Assembly: GCF_026210795.1 (NCBI RefSeq)
Contig: NC_089429.1
Span: 7,564,001 to 7,628,000, forward strand
DNA length: 64,000 nt
Reading direction: 5' to 3'
Source: Rhizophagus irregularis
Taxonomy: Eukaryota
Each line of letters begins with the position of its first letter. Positions within the stretch are counted from its first letter, which is position 1. The notes beneath the pieces were generated by a model, which saw only the letters and a list, made by a program, of their open reading frames with translations, had not been told where the DNA came from and made no database searches. Position numbers and translations under genes: made by a program. Of this stretch, positions 13,303-27,287 are shown piece after piece.

Positions 13303-15389
13303 CGGCGAAAAGTCAGGATTCCATTTATTATAATGTAATTGAAAGAATTTTAAGCAAGTTTCTTTTTCAAAATAACAAATTCAAAATTTACAGATACTTA
13401 GCCGAACGCATAAGCATAATGATCTTGACAAAAAATCACTTGAAACAATTCCTTTACGCGTCTAAATAATGAATTGCGCAGCATAACAATATGATCATCG
13501 AGGGCGTATTTTTTTGTTAGTTGTAATAGTGATCTAATTTCATATAATAAACACATATTTCGTAATATTAAATAATGAATAATTTTTTATCAATAAACGT
13601 TTTACATGACTTAAAAATATCCTACTGTATAATGAAGTTTATACATAAAAAACTTAATTCAAAATTCTTAATAGGTATTGACTGATGACTCGACTTGAGT
13701 CAATTCTTGAAAATCGGTTTGAAGTCAGCTTCGATTTTTATTATGGTTAAAATAGTTCCAAACCCAGGAGACTCAGAATCTTTTGAATTTAGATCGGTTC
13801 AACGATGCAAATCATCACGTGAAAATGTGAAATTACTCTCAAGAAACATTCAAGTTTGCAATTTCCAAATTAGAGTTTTTCGTTCAGCGAGTGATGAAAC
13901 ATTTCGGATTCGTTTCGCCTACTCATAAAGCTAATTCATTGATTTACGGAAAATAAATTGGATAATTTTCATGGTTTTAGTAGAGGCTGGATCCGTTATT
14001 CGTTTGAATTTTCAGTGGTCATAAAATTTATTTCGATTTTATATATAGCAATAGATTCGCTATATATATATTCAATTACTACAACATTACGAAAATAAAT
14101 TTTTAAAACTTTGTCATTATAGATGATCAAATTCCGTGAACATATGAATAAAAAAAAACACGGAATAAATTCTTTATAGGGATTAAATAATGAATAAATA
14201 AAATAAACTAAAATACGCAAAATAAGGCTGTTGTTTTTATGGCTTATACAGTAGTGCGGTAGACGGGTAGGGTATCAACAAGATAAAAAATCACGAAATC
14301 GCATCGGGTCGATCAATTGATCAATCATACTGCACATACTGCATTGCTACCTAATAAGCCATAATTCCGTATGATAAATTTCTTTTATTAGAAAATTTAT
14401 GGCTATTTATTAATAATTTTTATTACATAAGATAAAAAAAAAATTCGCGTCAATATTTTTCTTTTAAATAAATTTTTCCAAAAAAAAAAAAAAAAAAAAA
14501 AATACATTTAAAAATATGTCCAAAATAAATGTTTAATATTTAAAAAAAAATAATATGTCCAAAATAAATGTTTACCGGTATATCATATTAAAATTTTATT
14601 AAAAAATAAATTTATTCTATAATTACCCTATCAAATCCGTTCAGGACCTTTCTGCGTTCTTTAAGGGTTCTGCATCTACTTGTTTAACCGTAACTTATAC
14701 CATTACAAGCAAGTAATAGAAACCTTTGGGTTCGATTGGCATTTATCATAAAAAATTTTTTACTTTTTTTATTATGTAAGTATCTTATTATAATATTATC
14801 AATTTCATCTTTAAGATTACTTAATAATTTTTATTGATATTGCAGTTTAACTCCATGCCTACCTCAACCAAACTCAAGGAATCCTAGCGTAAAAGACAAA
14901 ATAATCATGGTACTTATGAGTTGGAGCGGGGTATTGGGGTATTAATATGAAGAAATTATCCCGCATTTCAAATAAATTATATTTAGTATAGCATATATGG
15001 ACATTTTTGATACTCCTATTATATAGGACGAGATATTGGGGTAGGAATGATCCCGCATTTCAAATAATATTATATTTAGTATAACATATATTGACATTTT
15101 TGATAATATGTTAGTAATATAAGGCAAAATTTCTTTTCAAAATATCGAACTAAACACAATAAATTTATTAAATAAAAAAAAAGTTTTTCCCAATAACTCT
15201 AATAAAAAACAATTTTTCGATTTAACATAATGTAAAAATTCCACCGTGGAACATTCTCTTTTCTTAAAAATGATCGGAACTCACGATCAAATTTTACGCA
15301 ACGGCACCCAGAAAAACAAATAGGATTACCTTAATAAACAGTGAAACGTGAGAGGTGTAACACATGATAAATAAAAAAAAGATCACGTG
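13303..15389 (+). repeat. Dispersed non-coding module, copy B (inside left arm)
   Basis: Collinear with copy A from CGGCGAAAAGTCA to GATCACGTG; has two 102-bp-type units and no insert. Confidence 0.92.
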
Positions 15390-15733
15390 TTAAGTTCAAT
15401 CACCAAAAAACTATGTTCGGTAACGGGTTTTTATTGGTCAGATAACATTATCTTAGAAAAATTTTTGCAGCTTTTTTCAAGAAAAAAAAATAGAAAGGGA
15501 ACATTTATCTTAAAAATACTTGTAGTTTTTATAAAAAAAAAATATAAAGAAACGTTTAACTTAATCATTTCTTATCACTATAGTCCATTTCGCTTTATAA
15601 AATTTATTGAAATAAATAAAAATAAAAATAAAATTTATTGAAAATAAATAAATAAAAAAAATAAATAAAAATTTAATTTAATTTAATTTATATGAAAATA
15701 AATAAAAAAAAAAAGATCACGCGATAATTTCAA

Positions 15734-17213
15734 TCAACGTGACTTAGGTAGTAGATTCAAAGATTTCAAAAAATTTTTATTGTCACGCCGTTGTTCATAT
15801 TCCGAAACCTTGAAAGGTTCTCGTAAGTATTCTTTAAAGAATTTTGGCCCAACTTTAAGATCGAGTGCCTTTTTATCAAGTAAGGCAACTCGGGTCCAAT
15901 ATCGTGCATCTGATAATTCGAACGTGTCGAGATCACGTAGCTCGCCAAATGGTTTTGAAGTGATCACATTACATCGCAATCGATTCTCACTGGCTTCATA
16001 AGAAACATCCTTCACAATTACGAGAATTGCATTGCGTTCATCTCTACATTTTTTAATATTCTTTGAACCCTTGGTGATGTATAGACGCGCAAAGTTGCAA
16101 TGCGTTTCTGTTGGTTGAAATTTAACCGGAGGGAGACTTTCACGTTCGAATGTGTCAAAAAGAGAACTTGACATCGGATCTAAACGTTCAGCGGCAGCAT
16201 AGGGAAGTTTTGCAACGTTACTACCACTCCTTGTAACTTGGAGGAACGAATACAAAGGTACTATGTATATTTTACTAATTTACGCACGAAAAAAAAAAAA
16301 CATTAACAAAAGAAACCGTTAAAAAAGGAAAACAAAAAAAACATGAATACCTCTTAATATTAATATTTGGTACTACTTTACAAACATCACCAAATTCTTC
16401 ATGAGGGAGTTTAGCACCAATCTGAGCAAGTGCGAAGTTCAATTTATTTATATCATGTGGTGGTTTCGAAAATTTCGTTGTTAAATTGACAAAACACGTA
16501 AGCATCGAATCTGCTTCTTTGAATATTACGGAATCTTTTTCATGGAATTTGAATGCATTATAAATAATCTGTGCTAAATCAGCATAGAATTTTGAAACTG
16601 CACAATCGTATTCTCCTGCCCAAAGTTTATGTTCAACTGTTATTAAATCCATCGGACGTGCGATGCGAAGGTGATAATTCCGAGCCGATTCGGGTACAGG
16701 ATTAATAAAAGGGCGACACCATCCTTGAGAAACAAAACAATCTAACATATACGTCCCGAGACGAAGCAATAGCTCACGACTTAATACTTGTTCGTTTAAA
16801 CAAAGCGATTCCAAATATTTTCGCAGCGCTATCGTCTGTTTTGGCTCTGGTTCAGGTACACCAGGAACTGGACGTACGTAACTTTCTTGTTTGTACTTAC
16901 TGGACGTCTTTAGAATCGACTTTATACGTATTATTTTCTTTTTTAATTGATTGCTAACGAAGGGCAGGCAAAATACACCATCGCTAGCAAAGCGCACGCG
17001 GAAGCCGCAGCTGTGTCCACTTACGCCCTGGCTTACGCGGTCTGGAATTACAGCTGGTTGTCCCGTAGAAACAATAACGTTCGTAACGACTACATTTTTA
17101 TTCTCTTTAGTACGAGAATAGCATATTCCGCTTCTCAATAATATTTGTTTTCTATTGTTTCTTCGTCCATTTACGCCTCGTGGAATTATGTTTTTTGCAG
17201 TAACTTTGGTCAT
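15734..17213 (-). CDS. Bromodomain-containing protein, copy 1; exons 17213-16351 and 16274-15734; about 467 aa
   Basis: Bromodomain signature WCRPFINPV...NYHLRIARPMDLITVEHKL...FYADLAQIIYNAFKFH...IFKEA; a 76-nt GTATTC...TTAG intron (16350-16275) joins the 312-aa and 173-aa ORFs in frame. Confidence 0.9.
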
Positions 17214-17339
17214 AGCGAAAAAAACGGCGAAAATAATGTATAAAGTGAAGAAGAAAAAATGGGCTTATGATAAAGGAAAGAGAGTTATTGGCAAAAAAAA
17301 TGAAAATGAAAATGAAAGATTCAAATAATTTATATTTTT

Positions 17340-17475
17340 CCAGATGCGCGTATCACCCTAATTTTTTTAGGGGTAACCCCATTAAATTGGCACCACTTTG
17401 ATTGGTTAATATGAAATATCTTGTAATACACTAAAATTTGATCTATTTCGTGACGTAAATAAATTTACGCGCACT
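17340..17475. promoter_or_regulatory. Putative bidirectional promoter
   Basis: Lies between divergent ATGs at 17213 (minus) and 17498 (plus); contains GGGGTAACCCC, two ATTGG (CCAAT) boxes, TGACGTAA and CGCG motifs; mirrored at about 30295-30435. Confidence 0.4.
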
Positions 17476-17497
17476 TCTTCTACTTAGCTAGTTTAAA

Positions 17498-17653
17498 ATG
17501 TCTACTTACCCTGCATCTAACATTATTTTATTTGATCAAAATGGTACTCAATATACTTATACAATTATTAAAGAAGGATATTATCCTCAAATTGATATAC
17601 TTTGTTACACTTCTTCTTTAAGTGATTTAGGGAATGTTAATAAACTTTATTAG
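17498..17653 (+). pseudogene. Truncated 5' end of a gene divergent from the bromodomain gene
   Basis: MSTYPASNIILFDQNGTQYTYTIIKEGYYPQIDILCYTSS in a good AAAATG context, stop after 51 codons; the mirror copy (ATG at 30274, minus) has a 2-nt insertion frameshift. By recall it resembles the N-terminus of a highly repeated Glomeromycotina hypothetical family. Confidence 0.5.
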
Positions 17654-19199
17654 CATTTCTTTTGTCCTTTTTCTTTTGTAGGTACCTACTTCAAAGATTT
17701 TCGGTCTTAGATTCTTGAATGAAAGGCGTTGGGAATTGGAGTTAGGGGACTTTAGTAGAACCTTTACTAACGTTTCTTCATTTTTTTTAACCGTAAACCT
17801 TCTACCTGAACACTTTGAAAGATTTGATTTGGATTTTACTTAAACATTTTAACGTTTCATTTTTTAAGCTGAAATTGTTATTTTATTATATAGATTATTT
17901 TTGAATTTTGATATTTTTTTTTACTTAAAAATGCATAAATAAATATAATAAATGTGATTAGGAAATTTTTTTTTTTAATTTTAAAAACTTTTTTTTATTG
18001 AACATCAAAGTCTATGATCAAGTTATCTAATGGCAACTTTCATAAGCTCATATGTAAAGTATAGCAGTATATATAGAATTAAAAGTTTCTATAGATTTTC
18101 ACTATATTATACAACCTATCATACTTAATATCGTTTAACCGAAAATTATAAAAATTATAGCGATTCTATCATGTATAATATATTTTATTTAATCCAATTT
18201 TCCCATTTATCGTATAAATAAAATTTTATGAAATTTTAGTTATATTTTAACATATGTATCTTAAAAAGTTTCACGCGATGCATTAATAATTGAAGTCTAA
18301 AATTATTATCAAAAAATAGCGGATCACGATCTTTTCATATTTTTGACGATTTGATCTAGCCGTATAATAATTTGATTTATAAATTATGATGGTCTTGACA
18401 TTCTTCATAATTAAATAATTGAAAATATAATATTAAGTGAAAGATCGTTTCCGATCTTTGTTCCAATGCGACCAACATCTCGTCATAAAAGTTGTCTTTA
18501 ATATAAATTATGATAAATCTAATTAATTTGTTCCATCAATTCCCATCTAGTCATTTTTTTTATTTTAAATATTAAAATAAAAAGGGTTTTTTCGTAAATA
18601 TAACTCAACATGTATTCGCGTACAAGGATACTCTATTAAATAAACAAATATAAGATTATTTTTAAAATACTTAAGAATACATGTTCATATATAAATATAT
18701 TACCTTACGAGAGGATCATTCTTTTGTATCTAGTGGACACGGAACGGAACATCATTTTTCTATAGATTCAATTTGATGCCATCATTGTAACTAAACTCCC
18801 TAAATATATTGTAAGATATTCTTTACATAATAAACATCCTCCAAAACATACTTAATTTTGACAATCAACCACTTCTTATTGACTTCGGTTCGTAGTACAT
18901 ACAATCCTATAACAAGGATTTCCATTTTTTGTAAAGCTAAAAATTAATTATTAAATTTAATTTATTAAAAAATAAATATTATTATTATTCTTACTTATTT
19001 CAAACGTTTTACGCTAGTCTTTCTTGTTCATCGTTATTTTCATCCTCAGTTTCAAGCTCCGCAATTGCATCGATTTTGAGACACGTTAAGAACAGCCTTC
19101 ATAATATCATCTGTATAAGTTTAGTTGCAAAAGTTAATGCAAGTATTCTGCACCCTCTCATTCCATCTATCATCACTCCTATTTCCCGTCTCTAATTTT

Positions 19200-19745
19200 T
19201 AAATTCTCATAAAAATATTCGATTTCGTTTGATAAATCTTAAAAAAAAAACCCTTCCTGAGGAAAATTTAATATCTATTATAAAAAAAAAATCAATTCCA
19301 CCGACATAAATTTAGATTAAAAGAAATCCCTTCTCCGTCTCTCATTAAAATTATGAGAGGAAAATTTAATATTTATTGTAAAAAAAAAACCAATTCCACT
19401 GACATAAATTTATATTAAAAGAAAACCCTCCTCTATCTCTATTTCCTCTCATTAAAATTATGAGAAGAAAATTTAATTTAATATATATTATATATATTAT
19501 ATAATAAAAAACCAATTCCACCGACATAAAGATTAAAAAAAAACCTTCCTTTCCGTCCCTACTAATCTAAAATAACATAAAAAAATATTCGATTTAATTT
19601 AATAAATTTTAAAGAGAAACCCTTCCTTCGTCTCTATTTCCTTATGAGAGAAAATTTAATATCTATTGTAAAAAAAACTAATGCACCCGACTTAATAAAT
19701 ATTAAAGAAATCTTTTTTTTTCCGTCTCTAATCTTTTAAATTATC
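19200..19745. repeat. Degenerate tandem array of a ~110-bp unit (mirror at about 28040-28575)
   Basis: Recurrent AAATTTAATATCTATT...CAATTCCACCGACATAAA...TTAAAAGAAA...CCGTCTCT, about 4 copies. Confidence 0.75.
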
Positions 19746-20519
19746 ATAATAAAAAATATTAATAAATGAAAAATTTTCACATTATCTAAAGAAATTTTAA
19801 TTCTTTTAACGTCCTAAATAACATCGCACCAACATTCTTTTCGTTGGGTAAGATGAATTTTCGAACAAGTACCAAGCTTCGAATGCTCAATCTGCTTCTC
19901 AATACTTTCTCTTTTATTATATTATTAAAAATAATAAAAGTATCAAATTAGATAATATCAACTTTTAATAAAAATTCGAAAATTGGTACAAGTAAAGGCG
20001 ACAATAGTTGATATATATTCTCAGAAAGTCGCAAATTGACAATAGGACATGGCTATTGTTGTGACAAAAATGTCTTCAAGAGGAAAGGAGTCGAAGCCAT
20101 GTTAGCCGTCTCTTCCTGGAATACTAATTATTTTTCACGTATAAATCTTTGTTCTTTCAAAATCTGTTTCCTTGATGTGTCCTTTACGTCCACGTGTGAT
20201 GAAAAACCTTTCTATATTATATGAGATATCTACATTCTTATAACGGCTATAAGATTCATTCCCATCATGATTAACAATCTCCAAATGTTGTAGATTTATT
20301 AAATTTAAAAATGAACCAGGATCGATAAGTGGTGTTGTCATAAATATTTTTAATCATGTCGTTTCTGGAACGTAGTCTACCAAGATTAAAAATAGTATTT
20401 GTTTCACAGATCCAAAATTCCAATAATATGAATACAAGTGAAATAGATATGATTACAAATGAACAAATTAATTAAAACATTTCATCTGAAAAAATTTTTC
20501 CATGTCCGACTGTAAGTTT

Positions 20520-21890
20520 TCCACCTTTATCACGGGGATGCTCTTCTGCCTTGAAAGGCAATTTACAAACTAAGCAAATAAAAGGTTATTTTAATGATTT
20601 TTTTTTTTATCAATTTAGATATAATTATAATTTACTTACGTTAAAGGTCCACCAACTAAATTTTGTAGTTATTGAAATTATTGAAATTGAGAATAACACA
20701 TAAATAAAAATCTTTTAGTTATAATTGATCATTATTTTATAAATAAATAAAATAAAATAAAATAAATTTAGATACCTTTCTACTAGTTTTCAATCCAACC
20801 TTTTTTCCTGTGGCCACCCTATTGCTAAATGTTTTAAACCTAATTTCTTTCATATTTTTTTGAAGTCAGTGTCAAATTTTTAGATATATGCAATAACTTT
20901 GCCCTTTTCTCTCGCTCCCTTTCCTTCATTCTCTCTTCCATATTTCTTTAATTGCATTTTTTCATCATCTCAATATAATAATAATTTTTAGGATATTTTA
21001 ATGAAAATGGATTTTCCCATGACAATGGAATTGTCATAACGACACCATAATCTATTAACGAGTGTAATCACTCGTACTTTCCGTTGAAAAATTTCTTCAA
21101 CGAAATGATTTAGGTAGCTCTTTCGGTCTTCTTGGACGACGCTTTCAGATACCATAGATATAAAATATTTCCGGTTAATATTAACCTAAATATTTAAAAA
21201 AAATTGGGTAAAAAAAAATTTTATTTATAAGGAACGGGCTTAAAAATTTGATCGACTTCGCATGATCAGATCCCATAGATTTTACACGGGTGCGGGATTA
21301 CTGCTCATAATTTCATAATTTTGAAAACTACAATAAATTAAAATTATTTTTTTTTTAAACTTACTGCTGGCATATTTGCTTGGGATTGTGGGGAATTCTT
21401 TTATAAACGGACTCCTATTTTTTTTCTCGCTCTTTACCCAATTTTTCATACATTTTGTTATTGTTTCCTCGCTCTAAAAAATGATTATAAAGAGAAATTA
21501 ATAACTGAATTGTTTAATATAAATTACTTTAACATACATACATCTTTATTAAAACTTTGTCTTGGAATGTTATTAGGGAAATAATGCATTGTCATTGCAT
21601 GTTATTAGGAAAATATACCTTGTCTTGGCATGTTATTCTATTTATATTGATATCAGATAACAATCAAACAAATGAAACAATCATGTTGTTACACCATAAA
21701 ATAACTATACATAGATGATTGCACATGATAGAAATCAAATCAGTTATAGATGTTCAAAAGACCTTTTTTTAATTCTATCCTTGTGTATGTGAAAATTTTT
21801 TGTGGATGGAGATTGTATACATATATTCTTCATTTTTTGATATAATTTTCCGGAATGATCCATTAATTGATAATAATTTGACATAAAAGG
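20520..21890 (+). repeat. Left arm of an older inner inverted repeat (partner 24713-25710)
   Basis: For example CTTACTGCTGGCATATTTGCTTG (21360) vs CAAGCAAATATGCCAGCAGTAAG (25233), and 21770-21809 vs 24825-24865; many indels. Confidence 0.85.
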
Positions 21891-22194
21891 ATCAGTTTTT
21901 CAATGCAGTTGATCAATTGAATTATATTTATTAGAACATAACGATATAAAGAACTTTTAGCTAGTACCAATGGAAATATATTAGATTATTTTGACAATAC
22001 TAATAATTTATTGTTGTTTTATTTCTAATGTATATTTGTTTTAAAAGTACCAACTTTAAAAAAATGCGTGTTGTTAACAGAAAATCCTCCTTAATTGAAA
22101 GTTGTATCAGATGAATTAAACCGATGAAGATAAAATTTTCGAAATAATATATCTGTCACGTGCAATCGAAGCTAATTTTTTATTTTTTATTTCA

Positions 22195-24600
22195 CGGGAT
22201 TGAAGAATTTTCTAGCCTCCGTGATCTATTTTATTTATCACATGCGTTACACTGACCCTATCCCGTTTCACTGTTTGATGTCCTTGGAAACAAATGCTTG
22301 ACTTTTTTCATTAAAAAATTATTAAATAAAGTTTTACAAATTTGGGATTCAACAAGATTCATTTTGACGAAATTTACATAATATTTACTTTACATCATTT
22401 ACATCAGAAGAAAGAAGGCTATTATTTTAGGTTAGAAACTTAATTTGTTATAGAGGAAATTTTATTAGATTTATTGATTATGCACGGTATAACGTTTGAA
22501 AATACAGAATTTCAAAAAAAAAACGAGTTAAATTAAAAATATTGTAAAATTTTCAGAAATACCAAAGAACCCTAAATGTTGTTCATCTTTACTAAGATCT
22601 TTAAAAGAATGCATTTATTTTGATCAATTGATAGAAAAACTAAGTATCCGTCGGTCCGTTCCCCCAGCCCTCCTTTTTTGTATATAATTTATTTATTGAT
22701 AAAGATGTCCGTTGTTTTATACGGGACGTAAAACCAGTTATTTCACGGATCAGCCTCATTATCGTGATTATCGATGATATATTTACGGCACAAATACCGA
22801 CGTCTCCGATCAAATAATAAATATTGGTAAAAATTAATCCCTAGTTGTTATTTGATATTTTTAAAATTATTATATTAATTATACATGTTTTTACTTTATA
22901 GTTTATATTACAGTATTTGGTGTTTTTCTATTCCGTCCATTCCTTCATACATGTTATGTAATATTGAAAGTTTCCTTAGCTCCTGCATGTCTGTATGTTG
23001 AACATTTTAGTACTATATTTAATTTTTATATATTACAAATGAGCACGTATTTCGGATCTGATCGTTTCTAGGTAAAAAGAATGTTCACTGGTGAAATTTT
23101 TACACTGATAAAATCGAAATTATTGTAATGCAATTTTAATTTTTTTATTAAGTTATTTTAATAATACACTGAATTTTACCAATAACAGTAATGTACTAGT
23201 ATATAATATGAGTCCATAAAAGTACTATTAAAAAATGTTAATATATATGCTATATATCCTATACTAAATATAATTCCATAAACCAATTTTCCCGTCATCC
23301 TCCATATTAGTGCCTCGTCCAATTTAAGGATGACGGGAAAATTGGATTATGGACATCGAATGTTAATATATATATATAAGCTATACTAAATATAAATTTA
23401 TTTAAAATCCGGGATAATTTCTACTTCAATACCCCGCTCCAACCCATAAATACCATGATTATTTTGTTTTTTACGCTAAGGTTCCTTGAGGTTATACTTG
23501 AGGCACGGAGTTAAACTTCAATATCAATAAAAATTATTAATAAGTAAATGTAAGTACTAAGTAAAGGAATCTTAAAATTGAAATTGATAATAATGATAAA
23601 ATTATAATAAGGTACTTACTTACATAATAAAAAAAAAATAAAAAAATTATTTTTTAAATATTGAGTTTTAATATATGAGTAAACATTTGTTTTTGACATT
23701 TTATTATTTTTAGACAATGCATTTATTTATTTATTTGTTTGTTTTTTTTTTGGAAAATTTTGAGATTCAAAAGTAAGTCATATTTAAAAGGAAAATATTG
23801 ACGCGAATTATATTTTTTTTTGGTTCTTTTACAAAGCCATAAATTTTCTAATAAAGAAATCTATTATACGGAAATATGGCTTATTAGGTGGCAATGCAAG
23901 TGTGGTGATTTTTTGTCTTGTTGATACTCTACCCGTTAAAGAAATATGGCTTATTAGGTGGCAATGCAAGTGTGGTGATTTTTTATCTTGTCGATACTCT
24001 ACCCGTCAAAGAAACTGAATCTATCATACGGAAATATGGCTTATTAGGTGGCAATGCATGCGCGGTGATTTTTTATCTTGTTGATACTCTACCCGTCTAC
24101 CGCACTACTAGCCACTGTATAAGCCATAAAAATAATAGTAGCCTTATTTTGCGTATTTATTATTATTATTATTTTATTTATTCATTATTTAATCTTTTTT
24201 TTTATTCTATATGTTCGCGGAATTTAAAGCCTCAAAACTAGAGGTGGCGTCCAGATTTTATAGATAGTGACCCACATATTTAAATGATTTAGCAGTCATT
24301 AAGCCAATGATTATCTATAATGAAAAAGTTTTAAAAATTTATTTTCGTAATGTTGTAGTAATTGATTAGAATTTAATATCCATCCAATTTGTGTATAGCG
24401 AATCTATTTTGCTATATATAAAATCGAAATAAATTTATGACTAAAACATCAATTCCGCAAAAGAATATTTATTCCACTGAAAATTCACGGATCCAGCCTC
24501 TACTCAAAACATGAAAATTATCCAAGTTGCCTTTTAGTTATTTTTCCGAAGTGGCTTTACTATTTTTTCAGAATCCGAAATGTTTCATCGCCCTCTAAAC
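22195..24600 (-). repeat. Dispersed non-coding module, copy C (most diverged; homology extends to about 21900 via the LINE tail)
   Basis: Contains reverse-complement module landmarks such as GGATCCAGCCTCTACTCAAAACATGAAAATTATCCAAGTTGCC and GAAATATGGCTTATTAGGTGGCAATGC; the latter is triplicated at 23872, 23941 and 24031. Confidence 0.85.
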
Positions 24601-24712
24601 TGATTGATGTACTGATTCGGTGCACATTGAAAAAAATTCTTCATTAGAAATAGTAACATGAAATTTTAGAATATTTTTCGGTTAAAGTAGTTATAAACAA
24701 GTTATAGATAAC

Positions 24713-25710
24713 CCTTTTATGTCAATTAACGGATCTTCAGAAAATTATATCAAAAAATAAAACAATTCTAAATTTCGAATATTTACGAATGATAACATTG
24801 AACTTATTGTTTCATGAAGTAAGCCCATCCACAAAAAATTTTCACATACACAAGGATAGAATTAAAAAAGTATCTTTTAACATCTATAGCTGAATTGATT
24901 TCTATCATCTGTGTACAGTATTTTATGGTGTAACGACATTATGCAGGTACTATGATTGTTTGATTGTTATCTAATATCAATATAAATTAAAACTCTTTTA
25001 ATTAAAAATAAAATATTAATATATTCCCCTAATAACATGCAAAGATAACGCATTATTTCTCTAATAAAATTCCAAAACAAAGTTTTAATAGATGTATGTA
25101 TGTTAAAGTAATTTATATTAAACAATTCAGTTATTAATTTTTTCTTTATAATCATTTTTTTAGAGCGAGGAAACAATAATAAAATATATGACGTCCGTTT
25201 GCAGAGTTAAGTAGAAAAATTCCCCACAATCTCAAGCAAATATGCCAGCAGTAAGTTTAAAAAAAAAATAATTTTAGTTTATTGTGGTTTTCAAAATTAT
25301 GAGCAAGTAATCCCGCACCCGTGTAAAGTCTAATAAAATGGTTTATTAATAGGTTTATTTAAGTTCGCGTTAATCGCATTCTTGCTTTGAGGAGACACTA
25401 AAAATAGTAATCTATTTTTATCACGGGTATGGGTCATCTGATGATCATACGATGTTGATTCAACATCGATTTTATTTAAAAACCCTATTTAGAAGCGATA
25501 TCGTTAATAGATTATGGTGTCGTATGACAATTCCATTATTATGAGGAAATCCATTTTCATTTAAATTTCCTAAAAATTAATGTAAGTAAATTATAATTAT
25601 ATTTTTAAATTCTTTTTTGATAAAAAGAAAAAAATTATTAAAATAACCTTTTATTTGCTTAGTTTGTAAATCATTAAATGGGTAGAAGAGCATCCTCGAT
25701 AAAGGAAAAA
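24713..25710 (-). repeat. Right arm of the inner inverted repeat
   Basis: Reverse-complement blocks of 20520-21890, with deletions. Confidence 0.85.
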
Positions 25711-25959
25711 TCTCGGGGAAAAACTTACTGGTCTTGGACCAAGATTAAAATATTATTTGTTTCACAGTTCCAAAATTCCAATGAATTTTGGAACTGTGAA
25801 AGAGATTTGATGATTGCAAAAGAACAAATCATCAAATCATCAATAAAAATATTCCATCTGAAAAAAAGAATTAACAGATGAAATTATACAGTATTTTAAA
25901 AAGATTTTCAACATTGTACTCCTTTAAAAAATATTAATTCAATTCTAGCTACAACTTCA

Positions 25960-27060
25960 CAAATCATTCATTCTGTAAATATTGGGGATTTTGAATTGGG
26001 TCTGGAAGAGAATGAATAGCTTGTATATTAGGAAGATTCTGAATTTCTGCATTAGGATTAGATTGCGTAGAATTTAGATGTATATTTTGTAAATTGTTGT
26101 TCAAGTAATTAATATTTTGGTCAAAAGAATTATTGGGATTAGAAGGCATACTAAAAGAATGTTGTGATTCATTAAAAACAGAAGTATTTGAATTTGAGTT
26201 GTAAATATATTAGATGGCAATACATGCTGAACTCCACCTCTACCACGACCCTTAGTATTATTATTATTAGATTTTTTCATATTTGCTATTTTATTATGTC
26301 CAATATTTTTTGCTCTTCTGCCCTTTGCAACTCGTTTTTCGCGTTTTAAAATGTCTTGTTGTAATATAACATTAAGACGCTCTTCTCCTATTGAATAACA
26401 ATTAAATAATCTGGTCCATCCTTCAGATGTATATTCTGCGGTCATATTAGATAATCCCGAAATATCTTTAAAAAGAGAATTATCCATTGGATTATCAAAT
26501 GCTATAACAAGTTGATTTTTACATCCCAAGTAATTTCTTTACGAGATTTTACTGCCCGATCACCTTGATGTGCAACATTATCATCTAAAAATTCAGATAA
26601 AAACAGATTAATTCGATCCCTTTCACTTTGAACAGCTTTAATCTGATTTTTAAGTTGGTCGATATTAATAGGATTTCCAGATATATTTTGTTTTATGTAT
26701 TTAACCCCAGTGTTTCTAAAGCCTCGTCAAATGCAAAAAAAATGTTTTTCTCGACTAATATTAATTGAACAAGCATGTTTTAATAATTCTTTTAATTCAG
26801 GATTTTTTGCTAAATATGCTAGATAAAAGGCAACTGATGAGGCATAATAAGTTTACCGGCTACTGGAAAGAGTGGTGCAAATGCAGAGAGTGATTCATGC
26901 TGCATTTCAAAATTTCCCATCCGAATTCCAATTCGATGCGCTTTCCACAATCCAGCCCATTTAAAATAAAAATACCAAGTCTTTATTAAATTATTGTCTT
27001 CATTCATTATTTGTTCAATTATTATTTGTAGAAAAATATTGTGAAAATACTTAGGTTCAA
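25960..27060 (-). pseudogene. Frameshifted C-terminal part of a transposase-like hypothetical protein
   Basis: Consecutive minus-strand segments WYFYFKWAGLWKAHRIGIRMGNFEMQHESLSAFAPLFPVAGK / YASSVAFYLAYL...HFFAFDEALE / RLFNCYSIGEERLNVILQQDILKREKRVAKGRRAKN joined by frameshifts. Similarity to Academ/DUF6589-type proteins is from recall and unverified. Confidence 0.55.
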
Positions 27061-27287
27061 AATACTCGATATAACTATTGTATAATGTATATATATGTTA
27101 AGGAACTTATTTTTATCATAAATAAAATCAACTGTTCAACAACTAAAGCTATAAATTGTCTAATGTTACTTATAATTGATATATTATCGTATTGTAATTA
27201 CACTGTGTATAGTAATATCTTATATAAATTTTCCTTTCTTATTAACCAAGGCTACTTATAAATTTGCTTCGCTTAGAAAATACCAGT

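Larger units (their letters stand above)
9886..20017 (+). repeat. Left arm of a giant inverted duplication
   Basis: Reverse complement of 27767-40500 throughout; inner junction ...ACAATAGTTGATATATA (20017) pairs with TATATATCAACTATTGT (27767); outer junction TGTAAAATTACCCTATCGAT (9886) pairs with ATCGATAGGGCAATTTTACA (40500). Confidence 0.97.
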
